64,000 nt of DNA from positions 91,698,001 through 91,762,000 of the forward strand of contig OX597814.1 of the NCBI GenBank assembly GCA_951406725.2, given 5' to 3'. Position numbers and translations under genes: made by a program. This DNA comes from Octopus vulgaris (taxonomy: Eukaryota). The notes below the pieces were generated by a model. That model ran no database searches. It was not told the DNA's origin and saw nothing but the letters and a program-made list of their open reading frames with translations. This document shows positions 26,885 through 40,200 of this stretch, in pieces (the stretch's first letter is position 1; every line of letters starts with the position of its first letter).

Positions 26885-27136
26885 CATGATCACGTGACCC
26901 ACCAGACCATCGCTGGTCACAATGCGTTTGAATGACGCCACCCCGCTGACTAAGCGAGTAGGCCAACAGAAAGAGTGGTGAAAGAGTACAGCAGGGATTA
27001 ACCCCCTCCTGCCGGAGCCTTGTGGAGCTTTTAGGTGTTTTCGCTCAATAAACACACACAACGCCCGGTCTGGGAATCGAAACCGCGATCCTACGACCGC
27101 GAGCCCGCTGCCCTAACCACTGGGCCATTGCGCCTC

Positions 27137-27138
<2 letters not shown>
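26885..27138 (-). mobile_element. tRNA-derived SINE
   Basis: Minus-strand head gtggaggcgcaatggcccagtggttagg...ggtttcgattccc (A and B boxes). Confidence 0.82.
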
Positions 27139-27180
<42 letters not shown>

Positions 27181-27348
27181 ATAAAAATGGTAAATAATTT
27201 TCCTGTGGTTTTTCATGTAACCAACAATTATTTACCGGTAAATTTCGGTATGTAAATACGACAAATTAATTGTCAGGACCTTTGTAAGGTTCAGTATATA
27301 GTAAAGAAAATATATATATATAATAAGAGTAAATCGTATACGAGTGGG

Positions 27349-27776
27349 TATATATTTGTAACAAAGAAGTTTGAAAACGCCACTATATTAGATCAATTTT
27401 GATTTTCTTATGAATTTTCCATGTTTCGGTTCTTGAAAAAAACGAACCTTATCAAAAATATTATAAAAAGTAAAGTGTAATAGAAAAATTCATAATTGTT
27501 TCTTACTGGTCTCAATAGAGTCCATGTGGTGGTGTTTTGTCGGTAGTAGGTATAATAGCTATAAATTTCAAGTTGAGTGTAGTAAAGAAGTTCATTATTG
27601 TTTCTGAAATTGATTCTATTGAGACCAGTAAGAAACAATTACGAACTTTTCTATTACACTTTACTTTTTATAATATTTTTGATATGGTTCGTTTTTCAAG
27701 AACCGAAACATGTAAAATTCATAAGAAAATCAAAATTTATCTAATATAGTGGCGTTTTCAAACTTCTTTTTTACAA

Positions 27777-27785
<9 letters not shown>
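27349..27785. mobile_element. Fold-back element with arms of about 170 bp and a degenerate hammerhead motif in each arm
   Basis: 27349-27519 is the reverse complement of about 27615-27785. The right arm has TTGATAT-GGTTC...GAACC-GAAA-CATG-TA. Confidence 0.85.
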
Positions 27786-27828
<43 letters not shown>

Positions 27829-27834
27829 CAGGGG

Positions 27835-28850
27835 TGTAGTCAAGGACAAGTCATACCATTTACAGAGACACACAACCCATGTCACCAGAATATCTTCAAC
27901 ATTGCCAAAGCAAACCTACCGTAATTACTCTATCTAATGAATTAAAATATGTAATCACAGACCGAGTTATGGTTCTTATAAAAGACAACCTAAAAACTCG
28001 AACCAATTATTAACAAATGCAAAGTTTGACCACAGCGAACAAGACGAACTATTCACTGTAACAAAATGCAATGATAGCCGAGGTGGCACATGCCAATTCA
28101 TACACACCGGCCACTATATGAACACAAAAACCGGAAAATATTCACAAACGCAAATATGAACTGCAAAAGCAGAAATTTAATTTAATTTACTGTGAAGAAC
28201 TATATATGTGTCAGACTGGAAATGCACTATAAGAACGTTAACGTATTCACCGACAGCAAATTAGAGACCCTGATGTCCGTCAGACATTTCACTGTCTGAG
28301 TGAATCCGAGAAAAAAATCAGAAAAAAGAGCGTTATTAATAAATTGCAACCCAAGCTAAATAAATGATAATAATGATACTTAGAGATACGATTTCTACCG
28401 GTACAACCACTACCACTAACAACAACGACAACAGCAATACTACAAGTTCCATGATGACGATAGCAGGAAAACACTAGCTAAATCACGAGAAAGGTCAGTA
28501 AAATAGTCTTATCTTGTGTTTAAAGTTCTATTACCACAGCTACTTTTTTTACAACATTCCTAAAAAGAACCAATGCTTTGGATAAGATCTCTTCGCATGT
28601 TCAACAAACCGTGACACCAATCAACTCAAGTAAGTTAGTAAAGCCATATACTGATTGGTCAGAGAACAGTTTCCAAAGCGTAATATTCCGGGGTCTATAC
28701 AAATATATTTAAGGCACACATTTTAGTTATCTCAATACAACTGTAAATTGTAAAACATATCTGTCAACTCTACTACATGAACCTGAAGATTGCATAGTTT
28801 AATGCATGAAAGTACTAGTTCAATCAGAATGGACATTTAATATTCTAGTT
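27835..28850 (+). mobile_element. Penelope-like element 3' remnant: decayed GIY-YIG endonuclease and pLTR
   Basis: Plus-strand remnants KCNDSRGGTCQFI, MNCKSRNLI, CEELYMCQTGNAL..R..HRQQIRD, and ..INKLQPKLN. Hammerhead motif downstream. Confidence 0.75.
28778..28822 (+). ncRNA. Minimal type I hammerhead ribozyme motif (Penelope pLTR type)
   Basis: TGAAC-CTGAAGA-t-TGCAT(agttta)ATGCA-t-GAAA-GTAC-TA-GTTCA: 5-bp stem I, 5-bp stem II, palindromic helix III, CUA cleavage triplet. Confidence 0.72.
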
Positions 28851-29004
28851 TTTCATTATATTATATTATATTATATTATATTATATTATATCATATTATA
28901 TTGTTATAAGATTGTAAATCGAACGTGTAAATGAGATGAAGTTGGAATTTCCTTTGAGTAAAATATTCTATACACAATCATACACATACGCGTATGTATG
29001 CATG

Positions 29005-29067
<63 letters not shown>

Positions 29068-29099
29068 CTATGTATGTATACTCTTTTATGTATGTATGT

Positions 29100-29490
29100 A
29101 TACTCTTTTACTCTTTTACTTATTTCAGTCATTTGACTGTAGCCATGCTGGAGCACCGCCTTTAGTTGAGTAAATCGACCCCAGCACTTATTCTTTGTAA
29201 GCCTAGTACTTATTCTATCGGTCTCTTTTGCTGTTTACGGGGATGTAAACACACCAGCATCGGCGATGTTGGGGAGGCAAACACAGACACACAAACATGT
29301 ACATACACGTACATATATATACATATATACGACAGGCTTCTTTCAGTTTCCGTCTACCAAATCCACTCACAAGGGTTTGGTTGGCCCGAGGCTATAGCAG
29401 AAGACACTTCACCAAGTTGCCACGCAGTGGGACTGAAACCGGAACCATGTGGTTGGTAAGCAAGCTACTTACCACACGGCCACTCCTGCA
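29100..29490 (-). mobile_element. tRNA-derived SINE
   Basis: Same family as 15780-16115 and 51110-51538, with (TAAAAGAG)-type tail. Confidence 0.8.
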
Positions 29491-29573
<83 letters not shown>

Positions 29574-30075
29574 AAAGAATAAATTAGGATAAGTATTCCC
29601 TCATACAGCACAAATTAATTAGCGCTCGTATAGAGCCGCCCCAGGAATATAATCTCAAGAGAGTGTGTGTGTGAGAGAGAGAACAAATTTCAAAGGTCAG
29701 TGTTCATATTTCTCTCAGTATATTTCAAAGCGTCAGATATTCCACAGTATATATTAGTGCATTCATATACACAACATATTATATGGAAATTTATAAATAT
29801 ATAAAAATACGTAAATGTGCCTTCGGGGTGTATGTCTTCATAGAATTCAAAGAGGATATTAAAATATGCAGATGGTGAATGTATAGCGGTAATCCAAACA
29901 GATGAGAAAGTTGGTATAAAATGATTTTAAAAAGAATCTTATATGTGTGTGTGTGTGTGTGTGTGTGCGCGTGCGTGCGTGCGTGTGTGTGTGCGTGCGC
30001 GCGCGTGTGCGTGTGTGTATGTATATCTATTTATATATATGTATATATATACATATATATATATTCATATTTATA

Positions 30076-30115
<40 letters not shown>

Positions 30116-33100
30116 CATGTATATATATACATTTTATATGTTAAGACCAAGCGTATTTATTTGTATCATTATCTCAATTGAGTCTCTCGATATAAGGATG
30201 CAAAAAAAATATTATAGGCAAACATACATGCATACATAGTATATTTCAACTCAGGAAACAGTGAGATCATTTATCAGACTCAATTCACTCTCAGAAATAT
30301 CTGACATTTGGTCTCCCCATTGCTTATGATATCTCATATGGTTCCTGATGCTTGAAAGAGCTCAACAAATCATTCCACACCCTTTACAAATTAGCTTTCG
30401 GTTAGCAGCCTGACCACCTGGATGATGGGACCTTGTTTGTGGAGTGAGTCCATTGACCCAATCACACACTCTAGTATACAAGCTGCAAGATAGAACAAAC
30501 TGGAACACTGGTACACGGGAGCAAACCCTTGGCTATGCTTGTGGCTGAGTAGGTCTGCTTTTCAGAGGCAAACATGATTACACGTAACAGAGTCTTTCGT
30601 GCCTTTCGCAGGGAAAGGGCTCACATCCTACATATATCAAGAATTACCTTTTAACTTATATGCATACGCATATCTACATTTCTCGAATTCTTTAGCTCCA
30701 GTAGCAATCAGGTCCCTCCACGTCTCTCTGAATTATAGGAGATCTTTCCTTTGGTAGTATCAATACTAATCTCTTTTTAAGAGTGTCTTTTATATTCCTT
30801 TTAAAACGCTTGCAGGATTTGCACTGGGAACGCTTTGCTTCAGTTATCTCCCCACACAGCACCTGTTTTAGGCATGCGAGCATCCTCTACTTGGACAAGA
30901 TGACCACAACATCTATGATTGTATTTTATAATCATGGGCTTGACACATCAGTGATCTTGTATCAATTACATGAGATCTCTACGAGGTCATTAGAATATTT
31001 GGCCGAATCGCAACCACATCCTCGATTCAAAGTCTCCAAAAGCGTCACCGACATTAGAAAGTATATAGCTGATCTCGTTTAATATATTAAATTTATATTG
31101 TTTGCTAGCAAGTTATACAAACAAATCCCTGACTTCTAACGTTTTACCCTTGGCGTATATCGATGGTGGGATATATGGCTTACCTAGCTCTGGATGTAGA
31201 ATGACTACGGTCTTAAATCTTTTTGTAAGTTCATAGTCAAGCAGTCCATCAAAAACTGCAAGGTCTCTTTCAGTGAGTGTTACGAGATCGCAATATTCAG
31301 TGTAAACAACTTATACATACATACAAGCATACACATATGCATACATACAAGTTGTAATATACGTCGTTGCACAGCACTTTATTGACGAAGACAAAATCCT
31401 TTTCCTATTTACTATAACTACAGACACTTGAAACATATAATGATAAACAAAAGATAAAATGGAAATATGCTAAATTATCATTTCGAAGAATCCTAAAATT
31501 ACACATGAAAGATTTCTGTTTTATGATCAGTCGTAATAAGACAGAAACGTATATATGAAGTGTTCTTCGATCGCGTCATTTTTTCTCGTGGGGTATATCC
31601 TACACCTCTAATATCACCATTAGATTTGGCTTTTGAACAGAATATAAAACGTTTTTATATTCTACAATTATTAATGCCGCTTCTAGGTAGCTGTGATTTG
31701 TTCAGTCGTTGATACTTGCCAGAAAAAAATCAACACATTTTTGCGTGTGAAGTAATCGAACTGTTGCAAAGAGATGATTTGCAATTACCTCGCTATATAG
31801 TGTTGCAGTGACAGGAAATAATGAAGTCCCACGACAATTCAGTTTATGTCTGGCATGTGAAGCAAATGTCCTTTCGAACAAAGCTATAAATCACAAAATG
31901 CAGTTGAAAATAGCAAGAACTAGATAAAAATGAATACGTTGCTTCCATAAGATTGCTGATTTATTATCACGACCGAATGATCTGTTAGTTCAAAGAATGT
32001 AAAACTTTGTCTTCGTTCTTTATAGAAAACAGTATTGTTTTAGTTTCATAGATATTAACAATTCAAAAGATTGATAGTTCTTTATCCTGCCGAAAGGTAG
32101 ATCCTCTTCTTGTGACCTGTAAAATGATCGAACTTGTTTCATTGACTTACTCTAATGGACATCACTTGAATATATATTCATAGTTACGCTTTCTTTCTAG
32201 TGGCACAAGCACTTGAATGGTTTTTCCTTGAGTGGTAATTATCTGTCGCATTTATTTTTCACTTGATGCAGTCTACTTCCTCTTCTAAAAGCACTTCACT
32301 GTGTCTTCTTAGTCAAATCCGTATTTCTGGTTTGCAAAAATGAGGTAAATTTCATACACACACAAACATGTACTTCACCTTTCTTTTCATTTTCAAGCAG
32401 CAGAAATGTATCGTGGACTCTCTTTTGAACAGGAAATTCATTCAAGACTCGGTTTTATTACCACCGAAAATCTTTCCGATAACCCTAAAATAGGACAACA
32501 AGTCTTGCAAAATATGTTTGGCAATTAAAGGAGAATGACACCCGTCCTTTCAATAACAGCTGGACAATTTTGGAAAAAGCACCACCATAAAAACATAAAG
32601 CTTATAGAAGATCTATGAAGTGTAATCTTCACCACTCAGAAAAGTTTTTCATTCTGTTCCAGGATAAACATGCATTGAACTAGAAGACGCGAGCTCTTAA
32701 ATTCCTGCAGTCAAGCTGCGAGATTTAAAATGTCAATCGAAAAAATAATGTATGGGTATAAATGTTTTGACTTTCGGATTTGAATTTGGCTTTACAACTT
32801 ATATATAGTTATTTTTGTATTATAATGCTACTAAGAAAGCCGTCGACTGTTTTACAAATTTAAAATTATATATATTTATTTCTACATTTGTATGACTGTC
32901 TATATGTGTGTGTATTTGTACGTATGTTTGACTTATGTAAATATGCATATCGTTTTATATATGTGCGTTTGCAATCTGAACGAAGTACCTAACATTCGTT
33001 AGATACGTTTTAGGAACGCTAACTTCCAAATCATCTTACCCTCTGCCTCTATCTATTTTTCTCTTTCTCTTTCTAATTTTCTGTTTCTTTTTCTTGTATT

Positions 33101-33565
33101 TCTTTTTACATCTTTTCGTTGTTTTCTTTCTCTCGCCTGTAACAACTAAATTGTAATAAGCACACACCAGGAGATATTATGCGAATGCATGTGTGTGCGC
33201 GGCTACATATATATGCATTTCTATATATTTATGTTTGGTCTATATTTGTCTGTATATATATATATATATATGAAGCATATGCCAACGCTTGTATGTTTAG
33301 TGTATATATAGGTTGTTTGGTATCTGTATGTATTGCTAAGTATATATGTATTTTAGGATGCTAGTTCTATGACAACAGTCTGGGTACTTAATTATCAGAC
33401 CTCATATACACTTATACATGAATTATATAAATATCTGAATATTTATACATAAATATATAGATATCTATATATTTATACATAAATATCTGTATATTTATAC
33501 ATGAATGTTCATCTGAATATTTTCAGCTCTTGTTTCTCTCTGCATATATCCCTGCTTGAATTTGC

Positions 33566-33663
<98 letters not shown>

Positions 33664-36600
33664 GTATGTATATTTTATATATCGAGCCCAAGCGCGTTTA
33701 TTTGTTTATTTGCATTATCTCCATATCAGCTCACCGGCATTCTTCATATAGCCGCTTTCCACTACGGAGACTAAGTCCTCGATAAAGATTTTGGATTACA
33801 AGTTCAAACTATGTGAGCACTACATATTCTTTTGTACTTGAAGTGTATGTGGCTATTATCTGTTGACTATATTTGTCTATATTATGTATAAGTATATGCG
33901 TAAGTCTAAGTCCTGGGTTTGAATTTAAACAGCAATCAGTAGCGGGGACGCTGGTATGAGAGCACCAGAATATTCAAGACTGTTGAACCACTTCTTACTC
34001 ACTCTTCCCGGATATGCTATGAGCTGGCGTAGCAGTACTTGTTAGGGTCCCAGCTATGGGTTGACTAGCATATAATGTACTGGGAGTGAAGGAATGCTAG
34101 TTCTCTTTAGGGAGTCCTTCTAAAAGATAATCCGGTATAAAAAAGCTTGAAATGCATTTGGTTTTGGTCGTCTCAGCCTATGTTGTACCACTGCTGCTAT
34201 GGCAATGAAGAATGGTTTCACTGCTGTGCATTATTTTATCCACTCAAAATGAATTCACGCACAGAAACTTCCTGGACTCTTGGAACTTTTGCATTGACTT
34301 ATCGAGAATAGGAAGTGGTCTTACTCGGTTATGACTGGACGTCCACCAAAATAAGTTTAATTTTGATTCTATCAGCATGTATACTTGCAATTTCCCGCGC
34401 AGGCATCTTTGAAACGCCGTATTTCAACATAGTTGAACCCAGATATATATGAATATAAAATAAATTCCTTGGATTGTTATCTGGATTATATCACTAATTC
34501 TGGATTATATCACAGATAATTATCACTAATTCGTTATCGCCATCGTTCTCTCGTATTTTTGCTTCGATCCAACACCGATAAAAGAATAGTGAGTTGGTTT
34601 TTCCAGCTCCTTCTGTGATGAAACACAAGGGTTTTGCGATCAACTGGGCCTGTTGATTCATATTATTATTGTAAGAATCATCATTATGTAATGTATCTAT
34701 TTAACATTTTTGGCACAATCTAAGAGTAAGAGGTAAAGCGACAACATTGATTCCAATTACAGTTTCTAGATTAAGTAACACCCTAATAATTATATACATA
34801 TATATATTATTTTTGTATGTTATTACAAAAGCGAAAGATTGTTTTCGACATGAACAAGTTTGGTTTAATATTATTTGAGATATATAGAAATAAGCTTCGA
34901 TAGTTGTAGATTCTACTTTATTATTTTGTCTGTTATAATTTTGTTGTTTTTTAATAATAATTGATATGTAGTTGAATGGCTAACGCTCACGTTCATAATA
35001 CATAAGCATTTGAATTATTTTTTTTTACAATCCAGCCGTCCTTTCTCACAGAATTTCGTCAATCCTCAAACCATTGGCTCTAATGACGCTTATATAAAGA
35101 AATTAAATTGTTTATATATCAAAAAATATATAAAAGACGAAACAAATTGTTGATTTTTTTTGTTTTTTAATAATTGTTTATGTTATGTTATTTTATATTA
35201 TATTATATTCAGAGAATAGTATGTTATATTATAATATAAATTAATTATTGGATTGTATATTTTATCTCTATTTCATTTATCGTTTATATCAGTAAATATA
35301 TATTCACATGCTCACACGCTTATACACATAAGCCAACACATATTCGTATTACTGTACGTATGTATATATTCTTATGTGTGTGTTTGTATGTGTGTATGTG
35401 TGTGTGCGTTGAGTGTGTGTGTTGTCATATGTATGTGTTTGCGTATCATTTTATGGACCTATATTTTAGAAATTAATCAAATATCTGCTTAGGTGTAAGC
35501 TTTAGATCTTTGCTACACAAGACCTAAATATTTTTCCAAGTTCGTTATTGATTGATATCACTCTGTTCAATGGCTTAACAAATGTCACAGTATAGACCAT
35601 TGTTGTAAATACCTTTGTTATCCTAAACGCATCTCAAACACAATCGGCATTACTTGCATTCTTAAAAAATACAATTACTGTTAGTAATAGCTGTCTGTGT
35701 TAAATGCTCTAAAACCATACATGCTTTGTATTTATTTTTCTCTCACTTAGGAAGAGCAGTGGATATATGAACGCTATTTACTTTAATAGAACATAGCTAG
35801 CATTGTCATAAATTATATACAATTTTAAGCAAAGAATAATTGTTGTATTGATTCTTAGAAAAAAAATCAAAATAACATGTTTCAAAAAACCATTCGATTA
35901 TTTATTTTCAATTACATTTCTCTATTGAAAGCCTTGAAATACATGGGATTGAAAAATGCGTCTACAATGCATTTTTGTAAATATACTGAATGCATCGTAA
36001 GTGTAGAGGTGAATAATATATATTGCTGCATTTTTCAATTCATTTAATCGATAACATCCAATCTTTTTATCGTTTTTTTATGTGGATATGTCTAATGATT
36101 CTTGATTTTGTTTAAACCTCACTCAGAATTTATTAGGATAGCATACAGTTAAATGCACTACAGCGAAGAGGGCCATCTCCTTTGTTTTGTGTACTGGAAA
36201 GGCTATTTTCAAGACATCTTTATTTAGGTTGGTAGGGCGTGGTTTAAAGTGCATTTTAATGTCATTTCTAGCAGAGCAGTTTACCAACTTGAAGTTCTTT
36301 CTTTGGTTCGTATTGTGCAGGTAGATAAATTCGATCATTCTCTTTCAGATATTCAAAATCAATCGTAACGTTTGAAACTCTATTAAACTTCTCTTTTCCA
36401 GTCATATAGAATATAGAACATTAATGGGACCGTGGTTCTAGAAACTTGTATTTTCTTTTTAATTTCCTCAAACACTCTCTATTAAATGACAGCCGGTATC
36501 AATACTGGCCGCTTGCTCACTCGCTTATATTTCCTAGTCAAACTTTACGTAATATATATAGAGAGGGACAGATAATTGAAAGACTTAAAATAGAAGCAGG

Positions 36601-36844
36601 TTGAGTGTACACACTAGGCAATGAATAAAGTAAGGCTTCGCACACAGAAGCACATTCAGAATAAAAGAGGTAGAGACAGAAGACGACAGAGATGACGTTG
36701 AAGATGAGGAGGGATGGGGAGGAGGGGGAGGCGGAGCGGGAGCAAATGACTGAGTAATACTTTTCAAAAATAATAGTCATGTCCTCGTCTTGTATACGTG
36801 CAACGAACTTTCATGTAAGTTACATTATTATTATCATTGTTAAA

Positions 36845-37055
36845 ACGATGATCTGGCAGAATCGTTAGCATACTGGACGAAATGTCTAGCGGTATTTTAC
36901 CCGTCGCTACGTTCTGAGTTCAAATTCCGTCGAAGTCGACTTTTCCTTTCATCTTTTCGGGACGATTAAATAAGTACCAGTTGAACACCGGGGTCGATGT
37001 AATCGACTCATCCCCTCCCCCAAAATTTCTGCCCTTGTGGCGAGATTTGTAACCA
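36845..37055 (+). mobile_element. SINE of the ggcggcgagctggcagaa family
   Basis: ctggcagaatcgttagc...gagttcaaattccg..gtcgactttgcctttcatc-type core shared with 45677-46075. Confidence 0.75.
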
Positions 37056-37554
37056 TTATTATTGTTGTTGTTTTTGATGTTGTATGTATGTATGTATGTA
37101 TGACTTATATGTATGATTTATTCTGTGATATTTCTCATAGTGACAAAAGTACGCTTCTAAATTTACCGGTAAGATAACAGGTATACACATAAAATCATTA
37201 TATTATATATTAGGTTATATATATGAAGGAGGAGTTATATTCGTTTCGTTAAATTTCAGCGATATAGTATGCATATCAATCTCTATGTTCTCTTCAAAAA
37301 CATATATCGTTGCACCTTCTCGAATGAAACGCACAAACACTATGGTGGACTACGTATCATTAAACACTTCGTGAATCCTGCATTAGTCACCACAGATTTC
37401 CGAAAATGGATAGTCCCTTGAGGTGTTTACACACTCCAATATATGTATGCTTATGTTGTTACGATGATGTAAACTATTATCATACTGCTGGAAAAAATAA
37501 CATAACAGTTTCCGTTACAACGTACGTTGTATTTAAAACTTGAACTGAAGATAT

Positions 37555-38410
37555 ATTGGGTCATCTCATAAATAATGCGTTTTTTATTATATTTGTTTTA
37601 TTTTTCAAAATTAAGATAAACAAAGTTCTTTTTTAATCTAAATATACTCTCCTTCATTATCCATCTATCTTGTAGATTTACAAAGCCTCTCTTCCAAAAT
37701 TCACTTGTTTGTGACGAAAAATACTCCCCCAGTAGAGTTCTGACTTCGTCTATAGAATTCATATTTTTTCCGTCTAAATGATTTTGAAGACTGCAGAACA
37801 AATCATAAGATGGGGCAATGTCCGGCGATTACGGTGGGTGGGCATCATTTCCCATCCAAACTGCTCCACCCTTTGATATGACATCCTCGCTCTATGTGGC
37901 TCAGCAAGTACAGCTTTCGTGTTGAAAACAAAGTGGTCGTTTTTTCTTCTACTGCTGACTTGAACGACTCGTTGAATGACCAAATCCAAGCTTCTTGGCT
38001 AGTCCGTCAACAGTTACGATGGGATGTTGTTCCACCAGGATTTACAGGATGTCCTCGTCGAACTCAACAGATCTTCCAGGACGTGGCTCATATTGTAGGT
38101 AGTAGCATGCAGATTGAAATTTCTGGAACCACCGTTGACACTGGATTACGTTTATTGTCCAAACCCCATATACTGTATTAATGTTCCGTTGCGTTATTGC
38201 CTTTATTGAACACATAAAGGAAAATATTCCGAATATACTTCCTTGTCACTTCCATTACAGCTTTGAAAAGATAGTTGTTAACATTGAACTGCACTCTTCA
38301 AAACTTGCACTAAGAATAAAAGTAAGTATGATGCAAATAGTTTATTTCGTCCCCATCCGACTTTTGGTTCATGCAATTGAAAAACCGCTTAATTCATGGG
38401 ATGACCCAAT
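37555..38410 (-). mobile_element. Internally deleted mariner DNA transposon
   Basis: TIRs of about 30 bp (ttgggtcatctcataaataatgcgttttt / aaaaaccgcttaattcatgggatgacccaa). Transposase remnants PHRARMS...FGWEMMP...SPDIAPS..LFCSLQNHLDGK...FWKRGFVNLQDRW. Confidence 0.88.
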
Positions 38411-40011
38411 TATTAATCATTGAAATAAAACTTATAATAAGTTTATTGCATAAGCATATTGTCAGTTGTAGGCGAAACACCAATATAATAACAGAGAAAA
38501 GTTGTATTCATTAAAAATAGCCACAATATATTTCCTTGAATTGAAATGGAAAGGAAAAGGGTGATATAAAGTGAGCTCATTATATAGATATTATAGTTCA
38601 CTGCGATTCACCACCAGTGGAAAACAAAGCAACGGCTGCCTCCTATGACAACTGGGGTACAATTGCACCACTCCATTTACTACACACCTCACCGAGTAAG
38701 ATGTGATGCTGGAGGCAGTGAAAGACGCAAGGTGCCAATTAGGAATTACGAGCACTTACAAATTTGGTGGGTAATAAAATACCTCATATGACTGACGCAG
38801 GTTTAAATCTCTCTTGCAAATGGAGAACAAATGTCGACTCGTCACGGGATAGAAGCCGTGTGGATATATTTTGCAACAATTTGAACGTAACCATTATATA
38901 CACTATGCCATATTTTTGTTATCGTGTTCTATTTAAATTTGCAGTACATTCAAGCGAAGGACAGTTTCAGCAAATGATACGTTGCCCTTGTTTGTCTCTA
39001 TTTTCCAGTATCTTCACTTTCATTGCGTACTTCTCTCGTCAATTATCAAGATACTATTGACTGGCAGAAACTTTAAACTGTAAGATAATATACTTAGCTG
39101 TACAAAGGCATGGCTCTTTTACGTCCATAAATTAAATCATGAATGCCCATCATATTTAATTCGTTAAAATATAGTTTCAACCAAGTACTGGGTTTGATGG
39201 TATATATCAGCGAACCCTCTCAGAAGGAAGTAATTGATTGCCTTGTGCTTGAATGATATACTGTTATTATATTATGACTGTCAGAATTGAGCATCATATA
39301 ATAAGCAAGGATGCTCTCTCATATCTTCCCTGCCCTTGTAGTAAATTTTATTTACGTTGTACAATATTTGTGAACTAATTTAAAATGCGGTACAATGTAA
39401 TATGACAAAATTTTAACTGCTAATTTTATAAAAGGATTCAACCGTATTCATGATTCATCATTGACTCAAATTTGTTATGTTCAAATATATTGAAATTATA
39501 CAGACACAGAATGGGTTTCAATGTACAATGTAGCCACACTGTTAACGAGAGAATTGCAAGGTTCAGCTTACACCGCAGATTTTGTGTGCTTTCACGAGAA
39601 ACCAAGATGTTCAGGTTTAGCTTGTGCTGGAACGAAATCAATTGCAGCGTGGAAGGTGTTTATAAACCATCTAAGAAACACACAAAAACCGTTAGTATCA
39701 CTTCAACATTTAAATTTAATTTTGTTAGTGAACAGGTCACGGTGTCAAAGCGACGAAAATATTTTGGCAAATTAAATTTAAATGTAAAAGATATACTATT
39801 TTCATTTTATGATGTTATCATTGTTGCGACCCAGTACAGCCATGATTGAGCAAACTGCTCGCAGTCAATTTAACCACACTTATTTTTATATAACACAGAC
39901 AATGTGATTTTAAGTAGATTCAGCTGTTATGTGTAGCAGAAGCAAACCAAAGAGGTTCCATTTGATGCATTATTTTCTTTAATGTTGTTGTTAATATTAA
40001 TACATGGTTTC

Positions 40012-40200
40012 TAGGGTGGTGATGTGCCAGAACATTTAGCGCACCGTGCAAAATGCTTAGCAGCATTCCGTCCGTCTCTACGCAGTGAGTTCAAATTCCA
40101 CCGAAGTCGACTTTGCCGTTTATGTTTTCGGGGTCGATAAAGTATCATTTGAGCACTAGGTCTAATCGACTTATTCCCTCTCCCAAACTAGCTGGCCTTT
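40012..40200 (+). mobile_element. Degraded SINE of the ggcggcgagctggcagaa family
   Basis: gagttcaaattccaccgaagtcgactttgcc core. Confidence 0.65.

Noticed and set aside
26341-26889. Long ORFs such as (HTYI)n, (MYVC)n, poly-I, poly-L and poly-Y here and throughout the window
   Set aside because: They are translations of microsatellites with no stop in frame, not genes.
27060-27138. tRNA gene candidates at SINE heads (also 24425-24470 and 51115-51175)
   Set aside because: A/B boxes are present but there is no full cloverleaf, and each runs into a SINE body.
30240-34660. Possible decayed transposon coding sequence at 30.2-32.8 kb and 34.1-34.7 kb
   Set aside because: It looks like old TE debris, but no motif was clear enough to name a family.
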